Shown in pieces: positions 50,295 to 59,124 of a DNA stretch of 64,000 nt. The position numbers and the translations under genes are program-made. The notes beneath the pieces were generated by a model. That model ran no database searches, had not been told where the DNA came from, and was given only the letters and a program-made list of their open reading frames with translations. Position 1 is the stretch's first letter, and every line of letters begins with the position of its first letter. The stretch spans positions 64,001-128,000 of IMG/VR virus record IMGVR_UViG_3300021963_000034; one strand, 5' to 3'. This DNA is from a virus.

Positions 50295-50684
50295 ATGAAA
50301 ACTGTGTTTAAAAATAAACTATACAAAAACTCCGCTATTGAAATCCGAAGATCTGATAAAGATGAAGGAGGGTGGGGAGTTTTTGCTCGCAGAAACATTA
50401 AAAAACATTCTATTTTGGAGCAATCTCCTGTGATTGTTGTTGACATTGAAAGAATATCTCAAATCTCACAATGTTACAAATATTCCTATGGATTTGATCA
50501 AGAAAATGTAATGATTGGAATGGGATTTGCTGGATTTTATAATCATTCTCCTAATCCAAATGCAGAATGGAGAGATGATCGTGTTAATATGATCATGGAA
50601 CATTATGCTTGCAGAGATATTCTCGCTGGAGAAGAAATTTGTATTAACTATGGTGAAGAGAACGTTGACTTTGAGGTTAAATAG
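50295..50684 (+). CDS. SET-domain protein (lysine methyltransferase fold)
   Basis: GWGVFARRNIKK..YNHSPNPNA..ACRDILAGEEICINYG. Confidence 0.9.
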   Translation: MKTVFKNKLYKNSAIEIRRSDKDEGGWGVFARRNIKKHSILEQSPVIVVDIERISQISQCYKYSYGFDQENVMIGMGFAGFYNHSPNPNAEWRDDRVNMIMEHYACRDILAGEEICINYGEENVDFEVK

Positions 50685-50705
50685 TAAATAGAATAGGAGA
50701 AAACT

Positions 50706-50870
50706 ATGGTTGTTCTATTTGCATCAACCATTATTTCTTGTAGTGATGCATTGACACTTATCAATCGTCTCACCAGAGTTGTGGGATTAACTGAAGTTCA
50801 AAGAACTGAAATAGTACAAGAAATCCGCAAAGTTGTTCCTTCCTGTCCCGTTAAAGTGGTGAAAAAATGA
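50706..50870 (+). CDS. hypothetical protein (54 aa)
   Basis: MVVLFASTIISCSDALTLINRL..SCPVKVVKK*; AGGAG RBS; not in ORF track. Confidence 0.65.
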   Translation: MVVLFASTIISCSDALTLINRLTRVVGLTEVQRTEIVQEIRKVVPSCPVKVVKK

Positions 50871-51040
50871 ACGAAGAATCTCAAGTTGAAAAGTGGAATC
50901 GCGGATTGACCCTTTTTGAAGAAAGTGTTCTCAAACCAGATCCTGAACTTCGTAACTGTGCTCATAACCAAAAGTGCTATAATGAGCTTATGGCAGTTCG
51001 TGAGCAGGTCCTACAATATATCAAGACTCTAAGACAATGA
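50867..51040 (+). CDS. hypothetical protein (57 aa)
   Basis: MNEESQVEKWNRGLTLFEESVLKPDPELRNCAHNQKCY..; ATGA coupling at both ends. Confidence 0.65.
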   Translation: MNEESQVEKWNRGLTLFEESVLKPDPELRNCAHNQKCYNELMAVREQVLQYIKTLRQ

Positions 51041-51276
51041 GTTCTACATACATATACTTTATTATTTTCTTTTGTATTGCTTACTTGATCATTACTGATC
51101 AATCAGTAGCAAGAGGATTTTATATGCTAACTCAACTTGCAAGAGTACAATACGAAAAGACAAAGTGGTGGATTCTACATAATCCAGCAAATCCGATTGT
51201 AAAGTATTTGATGTGGAGACGCTCAAATCAACTTGCAAAGGAGTTGATGAAAGAGTTAGAATCAAGAAATAAATAA
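51037..51276 (+). CDS. hypothetical membrane protein
   Basis: Hydrophobic N-terminus; WWILHNPANPIVK. Confidence 0.65.
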   Translation: MSSTYIYFIIFFCIAYLIITDQSVARGFYMLTQLARVQYEKTKWWILHNPANPIVKYLMWRRSNQLAKELMKELESRNK

Positions 51277-51296
51277 TCATTATCTGAATAATACAT

Positions 51297-51614
51297 ATGC
51301 TCTCCACGCAGTATCGGTTGAGATTAGAAGAGATTTGCAATAAAATTGTAAGTGGCGAATCAGTAGAACTATCAGAAATGATATGGGCAGAAAAACTTGC
51401 AAAGGCAAATCGTTCTGCTGCAACAATGCTGAGACAAGCAAGACGCCGTGCTGCAAATCCAGAAATGACCGAAGACAGTTTGGATGGATTCTTAAATGCT
51501 TTAGATTTAGGTGATCCAGACCCATCAAATCATCGTAGTAGATTTGCGGGCGCTGATGATATTATTGATTTCTTTACTGGAGACAAACCTGAAGATTGGA
51601 AACAAAGAGACTGA
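51297..51614 (+). CDS. hypothetical protein, cyanophage-like
   Basis: MLSTQYRLRLEEIC..MIWAEKLAKAN..LDLGDPDPSNH..DWKQRD. Confidence 0.75.
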   Translation: MLSTQYRLRLEEICNKIVSGESVELSEMIWAEKLAKANRSAATMLRQARRRAANPEMTEDSLDGFLNALDLGDPDPSNHRSRFAGADDIIDFFTGDKPEDWKQRD

Positions 51615-51835
51615 TGAAATACTTATTTTTGCTTTTGCCATTTGCAACTCTTCCCGCAAGTGCTATTACTTGGAAAGAGTTTTGGGAACCTTTTGAACCA
51701 AGAGTTTATTATAGAGAACCAATCTGCACTGAGGTTGTTTATCGTGAAGAATATGTACCAGGAAATAGGTGGAGACCTGGATATGTAAGGTACTGGCAAG
51801 AAAGAGTAAGAGTTCCCTGTTCAATCTATAATTAA
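51614..51835 (+). CDS. hypothetical exported protein
   Basis: Signal peptide; C..YREEYVPG..PGYVR..VPC. Confidence 0.7.
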   Translation: MKYLFLLLPFATLPASAITWKEFWEPFEPRVYYREPICTEVVYREEYVPGNRWRPGYVRYWQERVRVPCSIYN

Positions 51836-51944
51836 GTTGTATTAAGCAATCCACATAAACCTCCTAGATAGTGGTAGAATAGTAAGGTCATAAAAATGAA
51901 CTGAAAACTCTTTATTATGATATTCTTTGTGCGTGGAGGTCATT

Positions 51945-52118
51945 ATGCACAATTTAATTTCTTACAATCAACTTGCTGGGTGGAAAAAAATAGGGAATAC
52001 GTTAGATGAGTTTATAGACCAGCACGAAATTATGAATTCCTACTTTGAATGTCTGACTGAATGTGATGAGGATACACAGAGTTGTAGAAAAATATGTAGA
52101 AAACTTTTGACTACATAG
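51945..52118 (+). CDS. small Cys-rich hypothetical protein
   Basis: MHNLISYNQLAGW..YFECLTECDEDTQSCRKICR; GGAGG RBS. Confidence 0.7.
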   Translation: MHNLISYNQLAGWKKIGNTLDEFIDQHEIMNSYFECLTECDEDTQSCRKICRKLLTT

Positions 52119-52175
52119 ACTAGTTGAAAATCTGTCCACCTGCCCTTGACTTTCGCGGTCAAGGGTTTTATAGTA
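52118..52175 (+). promoter_or_regulatory. early promoter/stem-loop element copy 2
   Basis: GACTAGTT-gaaaATCTGTCCAC; hairpin cccttgac/gtcaaggg containing -35 TTGACT, 17 nt, -10 TATAGT. Confidence 0.7.
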
Positions 52176-52197
52176 TGTACATACAAATCCAAAAGCA

Positions 52198-52752
52198 ATG
52201 ACCTACACTGCAAAACTCAAAGTTTCTTTTGATACTGAATGGACTCCAAGTTATTCGTCTGGAATTTATGACGATGAAACTCTTCCTGAGGAGCATTATA
52301 CCTTTGAGATTCCTTGCGAAGACATTAACACCATTCAACTCTTCCGTTTCTTTGGAACTGTTGCCCGCACGATGGGACATAATGAAATTGGTATTATGAA
52401 AGGTGCTTGTTCACTTGCATTTAATGATATGCGAAGTGAAGAAGATATGCGTAAGATTTCGGAAGAGTTTGAACTGATGATGGCAGAGGATTATTCTAAA
52501 GAACTCCGTAGGTTGGAAGATGAGATTTATGATCTGAAAGCAAAACTGTCACGCTGTCAGCAACCTGATAATCCTCAATATACTGAAGAAGAAATGGATG
52601 CGATGACCTATCAAGAATGGAATGGTCTAACTCCTGGTTCTCCTGAAGCAGTTGAGAAGGGTTGTAAGTGTCCTGTAATGGATAATGAAGAAATGCCCGA
52701 AGAGAGGAAATGGGTAAATGCTGATTGTCCTATTCACGGTAAAGCAAAATGA
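52198..52752 (+). CDS. hypothetical protein with C-terminal Cys/His module
   Basis: 184 aa; PGSPEAVEKGCKCPVMDN..CPIHG tail. Confidence 0.7.
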   Translation: MTYTAKLKVSFDTEWTPSYSSGIYDDETLPEEHYTFEIPCEDINTIQLFRFFGTVARTMGHNEIGIMKGACSLAFNDMRSEEDMRKISEEFELMMAEDYSKELRRLEDEIYDLKAKLSRCQQPDNPQYTEEEMDAMTYQEWNGLTPGSPEAVEKGCKCPVMDNEEMPEERKWVNADCPIHGKAK

Positions 52753-52943
52753 CTGAACGAGCACAAGAGTTTATGAACGCAGTATGGGAGCACCGAAACA
52801 ATGGTGCTGATACTGAAGAAAAGTTAGTTGCTGCTATTCTTTGTCTTGCTGCAGAAAAAGTGCAGTTCTTTACGGCTCAAGATGGCAGAATTGTTTTGGA
52901 TAAAAATGATATGTTGCAACTTGCAGAGGAACTTAATCAATGA
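52749..52943 (+). CDS. hypothetical protein
   Basis: ATGA-coupled small ORF. Confidence 0.65.
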   Translation: MTERAQEFMNAVWEHRNNGADTEEKLVAAILCLAAEKVQFFTAQDGRIVLDKNDMLQLAEELNQ

Positions 52944-53209
52944 ACCTGATTAATTTTAAGCATCGTGAAGACTTTGGACATGAGTGGTATGTCCAAGTTC
53001 TCACTGTGAAGGATTGGACTTTGCTTCAAGCATCCGTAAGTTGGAATGATTATCCTGGTTGGCCTTATATTCAAATCAAATCAGGTACTGGTTCCACATT
53101 GAGTATTATGTTCTGGGCATATAAGTTTGGTTTTGATATTGGTATTATTGAACGCACTTGGAGGTGGGATAGGTGTGATGACTGGCAAGAAACTGGAGAT
53201 GGAGTATGA
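52940..53209 (+). CDS. hypothetical protein
   Basis: ATGA-coupled, Trp-rich. Confidence 0.65.
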   Translation: MNLINFKHREDFGHEWYVQVLTVKDWTLLQASVSWNDYPGWPYIQIKSGTGSTLSIMFWAYKFGFDIGIIERTWRWDRCDDWQETGDGV

Positions 53210-53394
53210 GTGTGGAAAAAGTAAAGTTTGTAAGTATCACCAGAACTATTGATGACCGCAAAGGTATTCATTATCTTGATGCTATTGATGAGAATGGACA
53301 TCACTGGGTAGCAGAAATGGATAATAAACAAGAGAAATGGTTAGTGTATACTAAACTGTGGACTAGAGACCCCCAACATCCTTATGACTTATGA
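53206..53394 (+). CDS. hypothetical protein
   Basis: ATGA-coupled; HYLDAIDENG.HW. Confidence 0.65.
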   Translation: MSVEKVKFVSITRTIDDRKGIHYLDAIDENGHHWVAEMDNKQEKWLVYTKLWTRDPQHPYDL

Positions 53395-53609
53395 AAAACT
53401 ACCGCATCAAAAAAGTAACAGACGGACACTCAACCAGATATTACCCACAGCACAAAAGATTTGGATTGTTTTGGTGTAATCTATTTGTAGACGAATATAG
53501 GGATGGTGATTATTCTACATTTGAAGAAGCACAGTGGCACCTTTGTAACTATTTGAGAGAACCTGTGATAGAATATTTGTCCTTTGATTGTGATTGTGGA
53601 GAAAACTGA
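53391..53609 (+). CDS. hypothetical protein
   Basis: ATGA-coupled; YRIKK..YYPQHK. Confidence 0.65.
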   Translation: MKNYRIKKVTDGHSTRYYPQHKRFGLFWCNLFVDEYRDGDYSTFEEAQWHLCNYLREPVIEYLSFDCDCGEN

Positions 53610-53710
53610 TGACTGAATGTGTGTCTGACCCTACAACTTGGATTGATGTTGCCCAACTTGCAGTTTTTATGGTTCCTGTTTCTATTTTTCTTTGGAGAGT
53701 ATCACAATAA
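53609..53710 (+). CDS. small membrane peptide (33 aa)
   Basis: MTECVSDPTTWIDVAQLAVFMVPVSIFLWRVSQ*; coupled at both ends; not in ORF track. Confidence 0.5.
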   Translation: MTECVSDPTTWIDVAQLAVFMVPVSIFLWRVSQ

Positions 53711-53925
53711 TGACCGACCTTAAACTCTGTAAGGATTGTAAGCACTACAAGAAAGATTGGAATGCTCGTTTTACTGGATTTGGAGATACTCTTGATACTT
53801 GCCATAATCCAGTATTGAGTGAAAATCTGGTGACTGGAAAAGTCAAAGGTGGTCGTTTTTGTGATATGATGAGAAAGGAATGGGGTAAATGTGGTCCTGA
53901 TGGTAAGTATTGGGAGGCACGATAA
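53710..53925 (+). CDS. Cys-rich hypothetical protein
   Basis: KLCKDCKHY..CHNP..FC..KCGPDGKYWEAR. Confidence 0.65.
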   Translation: MTDLKLCKDCKHYKKDWNARFTGFGDTLDTCHNPVLSENLVTGKVKGGRFCDMMRKEWGKCGPDGKYWEAR

Positions 53926-54119
53926 TGTATAATGACGACGATAGCACACCATCATTTTTTATTCTTATTGCTATCACTGCTATATTCTTTGTGGGTTATG
54001 GTATTGGATTTACTATGGGAGAACAATTCTCACAACAAGAAACAATCAATTTTTGTGTAGAAAAACCTGCTGATTGTAAAACCAAGTATGATTATTTCAA
54101 ACTGGAGGCACGGAAATGA
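53925..54119 (+). CDS. membrane-anchored hypothetical protein
   Basis: TM helix then FCVEKPADCKTKY; related to 60016-60192. Confidence 0.65.
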   Translation: MYNDDDSTPSFFILIAITAIFFVGYGIGFTMGEQFSQQETINFCVEKPADCKTKYDYFKLEARK

Positions 54120-54283
54120 GTTCTTATATTTCGTGTTATAATCAGGAAACAAGAGAACTGGAACACTACAAGGTTTCTTATGATGTTTCTGTGTATATCC
54201 AACAACTGGAAAATGAAATCAAGTATGGTTCTGGTGGTGTGAAACGACTTTATCCTTTTAGATTTGGAGATGCACGGAAATAA
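54116..54283 (+). CDS. hypothetical protein (55 aa)
   Basis: MSSYISCYNQETRELEHY..YPFRFGDARK*; coupled; not in ORF track. Confidence 0.6.
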   Translation: MSSYISCYNQETRELEHYKVSYDVSVYIQQLENEIKYGSGGVKRLYPFRFGDARK

Positions 54284-54486
54284 TGAAAGTTTATGATTAC
54301 CGAATTGTAGAAGACCTTAATTTAAAAACTTTGAAACCTTATTTTTACATTCAATCTTATAGTATTAAGGACCAAAAGTATTTCCTTTATTCAGATGCTA
54401 CATTCCAAACACTTCAAGAAGCACAAGAAGCAATACGACTACTGAGAAAATACAACGAACCTGTGTATCATTATGTTGAGGATTGA
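54283..54486 (+). CDS. hypothetical protein
   Basis: TAATG coupling. Confidence 0.6.
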   Translation: MKVYDYRIVEDLNLKTLKPYFYIQSYSIKDQKYFLYSDATFQTLQEAQEAIRLLRKYNEPVYHYVED

Positions 54487-54487
54487 A

Positions 54488-54661
54488 ATGATTGAAACTA
54501 AACCAATTACGAACAGAAGACCAACAAAAGAAGATGCTAATGGATTTGGGTTAGTTCAGTATTATCGTAATGATTTTGGTGTGTGGGGATATGATTACTG
54601 GTATAATGTAAAAACGGATGGTTGGGCACACACATCAAATTGGAGACCTCAAAATGATTGA
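54488..54661 (+). CDS. hypothetical protein
   Basis: PITNRRPTKEDANGFGLVQY. Confidence 0.55.
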   Translation: MIETKPITNRRPTKEDANGFGLVQYYRNDFGVWGYDYWYNVKTDGWAHTSNWRPQND

Positions 54662-54830
54662 AATTGAAAAGCAGTATAAACTCACACTCACAGAAGACCA
54701 AGCACGACAACTTTATGAACTTTTACGAACTGAAAAAGATTGTGGTGGATTGGGAAGTGATGGAAGATTGTCTGATTTGAGAACAATACATAATGAACTG
54801 AGAGTACTCTTTGATAATGGAATACGATGA
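54654..54830 (+). CDS. hypothetical protein
   Basis: MIEIEKQYKLTLTEDQARQLY; GGAG RBS. Confidence 0.6.
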   Translation: MIEIEKQYKLTLTEDQARQLYELLRTEKDCGGLGSDGRLSDLRTIHNELRVLFDNGIR

Positions 54831-55384
54831 TTGAACCACAAGGAACGCTAAAAATAGGACCATCAGGGTATAAACTGGACCCAAAGAAACTTGCGAAAGC
54901 ACCTCAACACATTACTCCTTATTTGTTTCTTGGTGCATTTTATTACACCGAAGATTATGAGTATTTTGATAAAATCAAACCATACTTGGATATTCCAGAG
55001 AAACCTAAAACTTTGGATGAAATCAAACAAGAGTTTGATGAGAAGATTGATAAACTGATTGAGACAACAAAGTGGAATTTTGCCGTATCCAAAGAGAGAT
55101 CTGAATATCATTACGACAAAAAGTTTAGTAGGATTATTCAGGACTTTGAGTATGCAAAAGAGAATGGAAACTTTCCACTCAAACTAAAACTTACTTATGG
55201 AACTGGATTGAGTGCTGGTTCTTATGTAGAAAACTCTTTTGTAATCAAACAGGGAAATACTCATAAAGGTTATTATACGATTGGAAACCAACGATATTTC
55301 AGGTATTATATGAATGATAAACCGAATGTGATTGTTCGTTTCTTTATGAAAACTTGTCTTGGTTTTGTGTGGGTTGATGAATGA
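54827..55384 (+). CDS. hypothetical protein
   Basis: 185 aa, coupled to neighbours. Confidence 0.7.
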   Translation: MIEPQGTLKIGPSGYKLDPKKLAKAPQHITPYLFLGAFYYTEDYEYFDKIKPYLDIPEKPKTLDEIKQEFDEKIDKLIETTKWNFAVSKERSEYHYDKKFSRIIQDFEYAKENGNFPLKLKLTYGTGLSAGSYVENSFVIKQGNTHKGYYTIGNQRYFRYYMNDKPNVIVRFFMKTCLGFVWVDE

Positions 55385-55611
55385 TGAAACTCACTAAACT
55401 AATTTTTGATTACTGGAAAATCTGGATGAGAGTTCCAGTAGAAACTAATATCTTTGGTTCTTATGATGAAGGACTTGGATTTTATGATTGGTATTGTATG
55501 ACCTTCTGGTATGCTCTCAATCACGATTGGTATAAGATGAATAATAAAATGTATGCTTATACTGGTTGTGAAGACCCTTATGTAGAACCCAGAGATTTTG
55601 AGGACACTTGA
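55381..55611 (+). CDS. hypothetical protein
   Basis: Aromatic-rich; stop codon supplied by the GGACACTTGA element. Confidence 0.6.
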   Translation: MMKLTKLIFDYWKIWMRVPVETNIFGSYDEGLGFYDWYCMTFWYALNHDWYKMNNKMYAYTGCEDPYVEPRDFEDT

Positions 55612-55660
55612 AGAACTGGCACACTCCTCCTTGTGGTGGGGTGTGTTTGGTTGTATAATA
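55602..55660 (+). promoter_or_regulatory. early promoter/stem-loop element copy 3
   Basis: GGACACTTGAAGAACTGGCACA; imperfect hairpin; TTGTGG -17- TATAAT. Confidence 0.7.
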
Positions 55661-55680
55661 ATCTTGTAAGCAACCAACCG

Positions 55681-55899
55681 ATGAATTACAAACTAATTCT
55701 TCACAGAGCAAAAATCGTTGTCTATGTGAGCATTACTCTTGTTCTACTCGCAATTGACTCAGTTTGGAAGGGTATTCGTTGGTTCTTTGAGTATCAAGTT
55801 TATGCCTTCACAGGTCTGTTTTATGAACCTTATCAGAACACAAGGTATTATTGTCGCAAGTATCTGAACCCTAAAACTTTGAAGTGGAATGACCGATGA
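55681..55899 (+). CDS. hypothetical membrane protein
   Basis: ATG downstream of promoter; TM segment. Confidence 0.55.
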   Translation: MNYKLILHRAKIVVYVSITLVLLAIDSVWKGIRWFFEYQVYAFTGLFYEPYQNTRYYCRKYLNPKTLKWNDR

Positions 55900-56081
55900 C
55901 CTACACAATCACAAAGCAAATTACAATTCACAACGACAAGGATGGTTGGGAATTTGTCTTCACAACTGATGAATATGGAACTGTAGGTGTTCAGGGCACT
56001 AATGGACCAACATTTCAAACCACACACATTCCCAAAGATTGTATTCCATACTTTATTCATGCTCTGGAGCAACTGAAATGA
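55896..56081 (+). CDS. hypothetical protein
   Basis: ATGA-coupled. Confidence 0.6.
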   Translation: MTYTITKQITIHNDKDGWEFVFTTDEYGTVGVQGTNGPTFQTTHIPKDCIPYFIHALEQLK

Positions 56082-56287
56082 CTAACAAGGAACAACTACA
56101 TCAAAATTTCCTAAAAGATTTCAAAGAACTTCTGGAGAAGTATGACGCAATCTTTCAAGTTTCTGATATTATTGATGGTTGTGTTCCCAGTATTGTCTTT
56201 CCTTCTTATTATGATTATGAGAATGATAGATTAGCAAGAGAATACAGCATTCTTGAAATTCCTAATTACATCAATTCACACCGATGA
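56078..56287 (+). CDS. hypothetical protein
   Basis: ATGA-coupled, GGAG RBS. Confidence 0.6.
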   Translation: MTNKEQLHQNFLKDFKELLEKYDAIFQVSDIIDGCVPSIVFPSYYDYENDRLAREYSILEIPNYINSHR

Positions 56288-56613
56288 TTACCGCAACCGA
56301 ACTGCTAGAGTTTCTCACCAAAGCACAGAAAGTTTCTCCTTGTGGAGCAACCTTTCGTCAAATAGATGGAGGTTATTACATCACTCTCTATTGTGATTGG
56401 TATGATGATGGTATATATCACAAACAAAGTGTTTTTATTGATAACAAAGGTAATTCCACTTGGGATACTGGGGATTATGATTTTGGGACGATGAGTGGTA
56501 TTTTAGATGAGATGGTTGAGAGAGAAAAACAGAAAGAAATCAAAGAACAAAAACGACAAGAACTGATTGCTCGTTTGACTGATGAAGAAAAGGATTTGTT
56601 AGGTGTAAAATGA
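56284..56613 (+). CDS. hypothetical protein
   Basis: C-terminal coiled coil ending RLTDEEKDLLGV. Confidence 0.7.
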   Translation: MITATELLEFLTKAQKVSPCGATFRQIDGGYYITLYCDWYDDGIYHKQSVFIDNKGNSTWDTGDYDFGTMSGILDEMVEREKQKEIKEQKRQELIARLTDEEKDLLGVK

Positions 56614-56783
56614 CTAAAATCAAATCTAAATTCAAAGAAAATCCATTTCATATTGTAAGTAAAGAGCATTTGGTTGAAGTGTGGTTAGGAGAACCTAATG
56701 ATGCTGAGAGTGATTACATTCTCTCTATTGATAAATTTTGGTTGCCTGAATTGATTACCAAACTTAAAGAAGTAAGATTATGA
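56610..56783 (+). CDS. hypothetical protein (57 aa)
   Basis: MTKIKSKFKENPFHIV..ITKLKEVRL*; coupled at both ends; not in ORF track. Confidence 0.55.
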   Translation: MTKIKSKFKENPFHIVSKEHLVEVWLGEPNDAESDYILSIDKFWLPELITKLKEVRL

Positions 56784-57082
56784 CTGACCGAATTCAAGTA
56801 AAAGAAACCAAAAGAGTTTATTGGGAATTTGAAGGTTCCCTTGAAGATATTATTTCCAAACTTCAATCTGCATTAGATGAAGGTTGGGAAGGTATTGATA
56901 TGGAATACGAACAATATGACGGTTATCAAGAGTATTATCTCTACAAGCATCGTCCCGAAACCGACAAAGAGTATGCGAAACGAATGAAAGAACGGGAAAA
57001 GAAAAAAGCAGCAGAACTCAAAGCAAAAGAACGCAGACGCAAAGAGTATGAGAAACTGAAAAAGGAGTTTGGGGACACTTGA
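56780..57082 (+). CDS. hypothetical protein
   Basis: RPETDKEYAKR..EYEKLKKEFGDT; stop supplied by the GGACACTTGA element. Confidence 0.7.
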   Translation: MTDRIQVKETKRVYWEFEGSLEDIISKLQSALDEGWEGIDMEYEQYDGYQEYYLYKHRPETDKEYAKRMKEREKKKAAELKAKERRRKEYEKLKKEFGDT

Positions 57083-57131
57083 TGAACTGGCACACAGAGG
57101 GTTCCACCACCCTCTGTTTCGTTGTATAATA
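57073..57131 (+). promoter_or_regulatory. early promoter/stem-loop element copy 4
   Basis: GGACACTTGATGAACTGGCACA; hairpin acagagggt/accctctgt; -10 TATAAT at 57125. Confidence 0.72.
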
Positions 57132-57159
57132 ACCTCATACACAACAGAGGTTCTTCCAA

Positions 57160-57378
57160 ATGGGTCTTGATATGTTCCTTTATGCTGACCTTTCTCCACA
57201 AGCACAAGTAATTGTAGATGCTTATGAGAACACTACTGATAAGTATAAAGCACTTGCTGATGTTCTTCGTGCTCTTGCAAAACAAAGCACTTTTGCCGAC
57301 ACTAGAGTTGGTGTAACGGAAAAGGTGGTTCTTGTTGATGACATTCTCAAAATCGCAACTGAACTGGAGCAAATCTGA
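57160..57378 (+). CDS. hypothetical protein
   Basis: LSPQAQVIVDAY..LADVLRALA. Confidence 0.6.
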   Translation: MGLDMFLYADLSPQAQVIVDAYENTTDKYKALADVLRALAKQSTFADTRVGVTEKVVLVDDILKIATELEQI

Positions 57379-57641
57379 TGGACTACGAAACTGAAATCAT
57401 AGATGGACGCAAAGCAGTTGTCCGTCATTTCTTCAAGGCACACGAAATCCAAGTTGGTTCTCGTTGGGCACGAGCAGATGGTTCCAAAGGTTATGTGACT
57501 GTTGAAGGTTTCAATACTTATGGATCTACAAACCCTTGGATTGAAGTTGTGTATTCTTGGGAACTAAATGGAGAGAAATTTATTCACGAAAAGGATGTTT
57601 TTATCTTTCAGTCAAAGTATTGTTTGATTGTGGAGGACTGA
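57378..57641 (+). CDS. hypothetical protein
   Basis: TGATG coupling, GGAG RBS. Confidence 0.65.
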   Translation: MDYETEIIDGRKAVVRHFFKAHEIQVGSRWARADGSKGYVTVEGFNTYGSTNPWIEVVYSWELNGEKFIHEKDVFIFQSKYCLIVED

Positions 57642-57847
57642 TGCCTGACGACCATTATCAATCAGAAAAACTGATTACTAAATCACTTCTATCATACAAA
57701 GGTCTTATTCCATCAATCAATTTCAACGAGGATGAATACTCTCTCTATCTCCAATATGCTTCTGTTGTTGAGTTAGAGAGGGATGTTATATGTGAGGCAA
57801 CTTATGTGGAGATTATGAAAACTCTTATTTACGAGAAAGTGAAATGA
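57641..57847 (+). CDS. hypothetical protein
   Basis: GGAGG RBS, TGATG coupling. Confidence 0.6.
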   Translation: MPDDHYQSEKLITKSLLSYKGLIPSINFNEDEYSLYLQYASVVELERDVICEATYVEIMKTLIYEKVK

Positions 57848-58065
57848 CTGACGAACAAATCCTAAAACTTGCTGAAACCTGTGAGTTTGACAGACACCAC
57901 AGCAAAATAACACTTACAACTTACTGGGAATGTGATGAAATAGACCTCTTGAAGTTTGCCCAAGAAATTCGTAAGAAAACGATTGATGAAATCCTCACTA
58001 CATTAGAAGAAGTTCCTAATCCAGAAGCAAACCGAACAGCAATCAATCGTATTAGGAGTATTTGA
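57844..58065 (+). CDS. hypothetical protein
   Basis: MTDEQILKLAE..LLKFAQEI. Confidence 0.6.
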   Translation: MTDEQILKLAETCEFDRHHSKITLTTYWECDEIDLLKFAQEIRKKTIDEILTTLEEVPNPEANRTAINRIRSI

Positions 58066-58295
58066 TGATGACTGACGAACAAAAACTCACACTTCTTCTC
58101 AAAGTTCTCAAAGAATACGCAGAGAAGGAACACTGCTACAATAGGTATGGTGATGATTTCAATCCAAATGATTATACTAGTGGTGATGTTGCCTTTGAGG
58201 TAGGTGCTGATTATGGTGAGATTACCTTTGCCCGCACACTTTTAGAACAGATTGGTGTAGAATTTGAACATCCTGTGATGAAAGAAAATGACTGA
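58065..58295 (+). CDS. hypothetical protein
   Basis: AGGAG RBS; (M)MTDEQKLTLLL..GEITFARTLL. Confidence 0.6.
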   Translation: MMTDEQKLTLLLKVLKEYAEKEHCYNRYGDDFNPNDYTSGDVAFEVGADYGEITFARTLLEQIGVEFEHPVMKEND

Positions 58296-59124
58296 CCTTA
58301 AATTCACATCACCAAGTGGAGAAACTACCCTAAAAGTTGAAGATACTGGTAGAATAGGAACAGTAGCACCTAAAACACAACTACACATTAAAATGGATGA
58401 ACCTGTGAAATACGAAACTCCTATGACTGCGATTGAAGATATTGAGGCACAAATCAAAGTGCTTCAAAGTAAGTTGGAATTTTATAAGGAGTTGGAACGA
58501 ACAAAAACTCCTTGCGAAGAAGCATATAAAAGAGTTTATGGTAATTATCCTACGACTCATATTACTGATGGATGTTGGGACAGTCCAACTTGGATGCACT
58601 TTGTGAATGGATATAAGTCCGCACAAAAGGATTATAAGGTGGGAGAGTTTCAAGAAACTGTACAAGAACGAGGAGAACGACTTCATAAGGATGTGGAAAG
58701 AACTGTTCGTGAGAGTGTGAAATGGTGTGAAGAGCATCCAGATACAGACCCATTAGATTGGTTGAAACCACAGACACCAGAGCAAACCGAACAATCACTC
58801 AAAGAGGCATTTAGAGAGGCACAACAAACGGAAAAGTGGAAAGAACTTCAAAGAAAGATTGATGAAGAAGATAATGATAAGAACTTCAAGAACTCTCTTG
58901 ACCTTATCAAAGAATGGGGTGAGAAGAATAAACCACCCACTCTAAAAGAACTCTTGTGGGAATGGTGGGAAGACATCTTTACTGTGGATGCTGATTTAGA
59001 TGCTGATGCTTCTATTGATGTTCTTGTAGATATTATTGATAAAAAGTTTATTCCACCTTCAAGTGAAAAGAATGGGTATGAATGGGAAAAGTGCTTGAAA
59101 ATTATGAGGGATAAATTGAGGTAG
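58288..59124 (+). CDS. hypothetical, apparently mosaic protein
   Basis: 278 aa; coiled coil plus TPCEEAYKRVYG.YP motif. Confidence 0.7.
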   Translation: MTDLKFTSPSGETTLKVEDTGRIGTVAPKTQLHIKMDEPVKYETPMTAIEDIEAQIKVLQSKLEFYKELERTKTPCEEAYKRVYGNYPTTHITDGCWDSPTWMHFVNGYKSAQKDYKVGEFQETVQERGERLHKDVERTVRESVKWCEEHPDTDPLDWLKPQTPEQTEQSLKEAFREAQQTEKWKELQRKIDEEDNDKNFKNSLDLIKEWGEKNKPPTLKELLWEWWEDIFTVDADLDADASIDVLVDIIDKKFIPPSSEKNGYEWEKCLKIMRDKLR

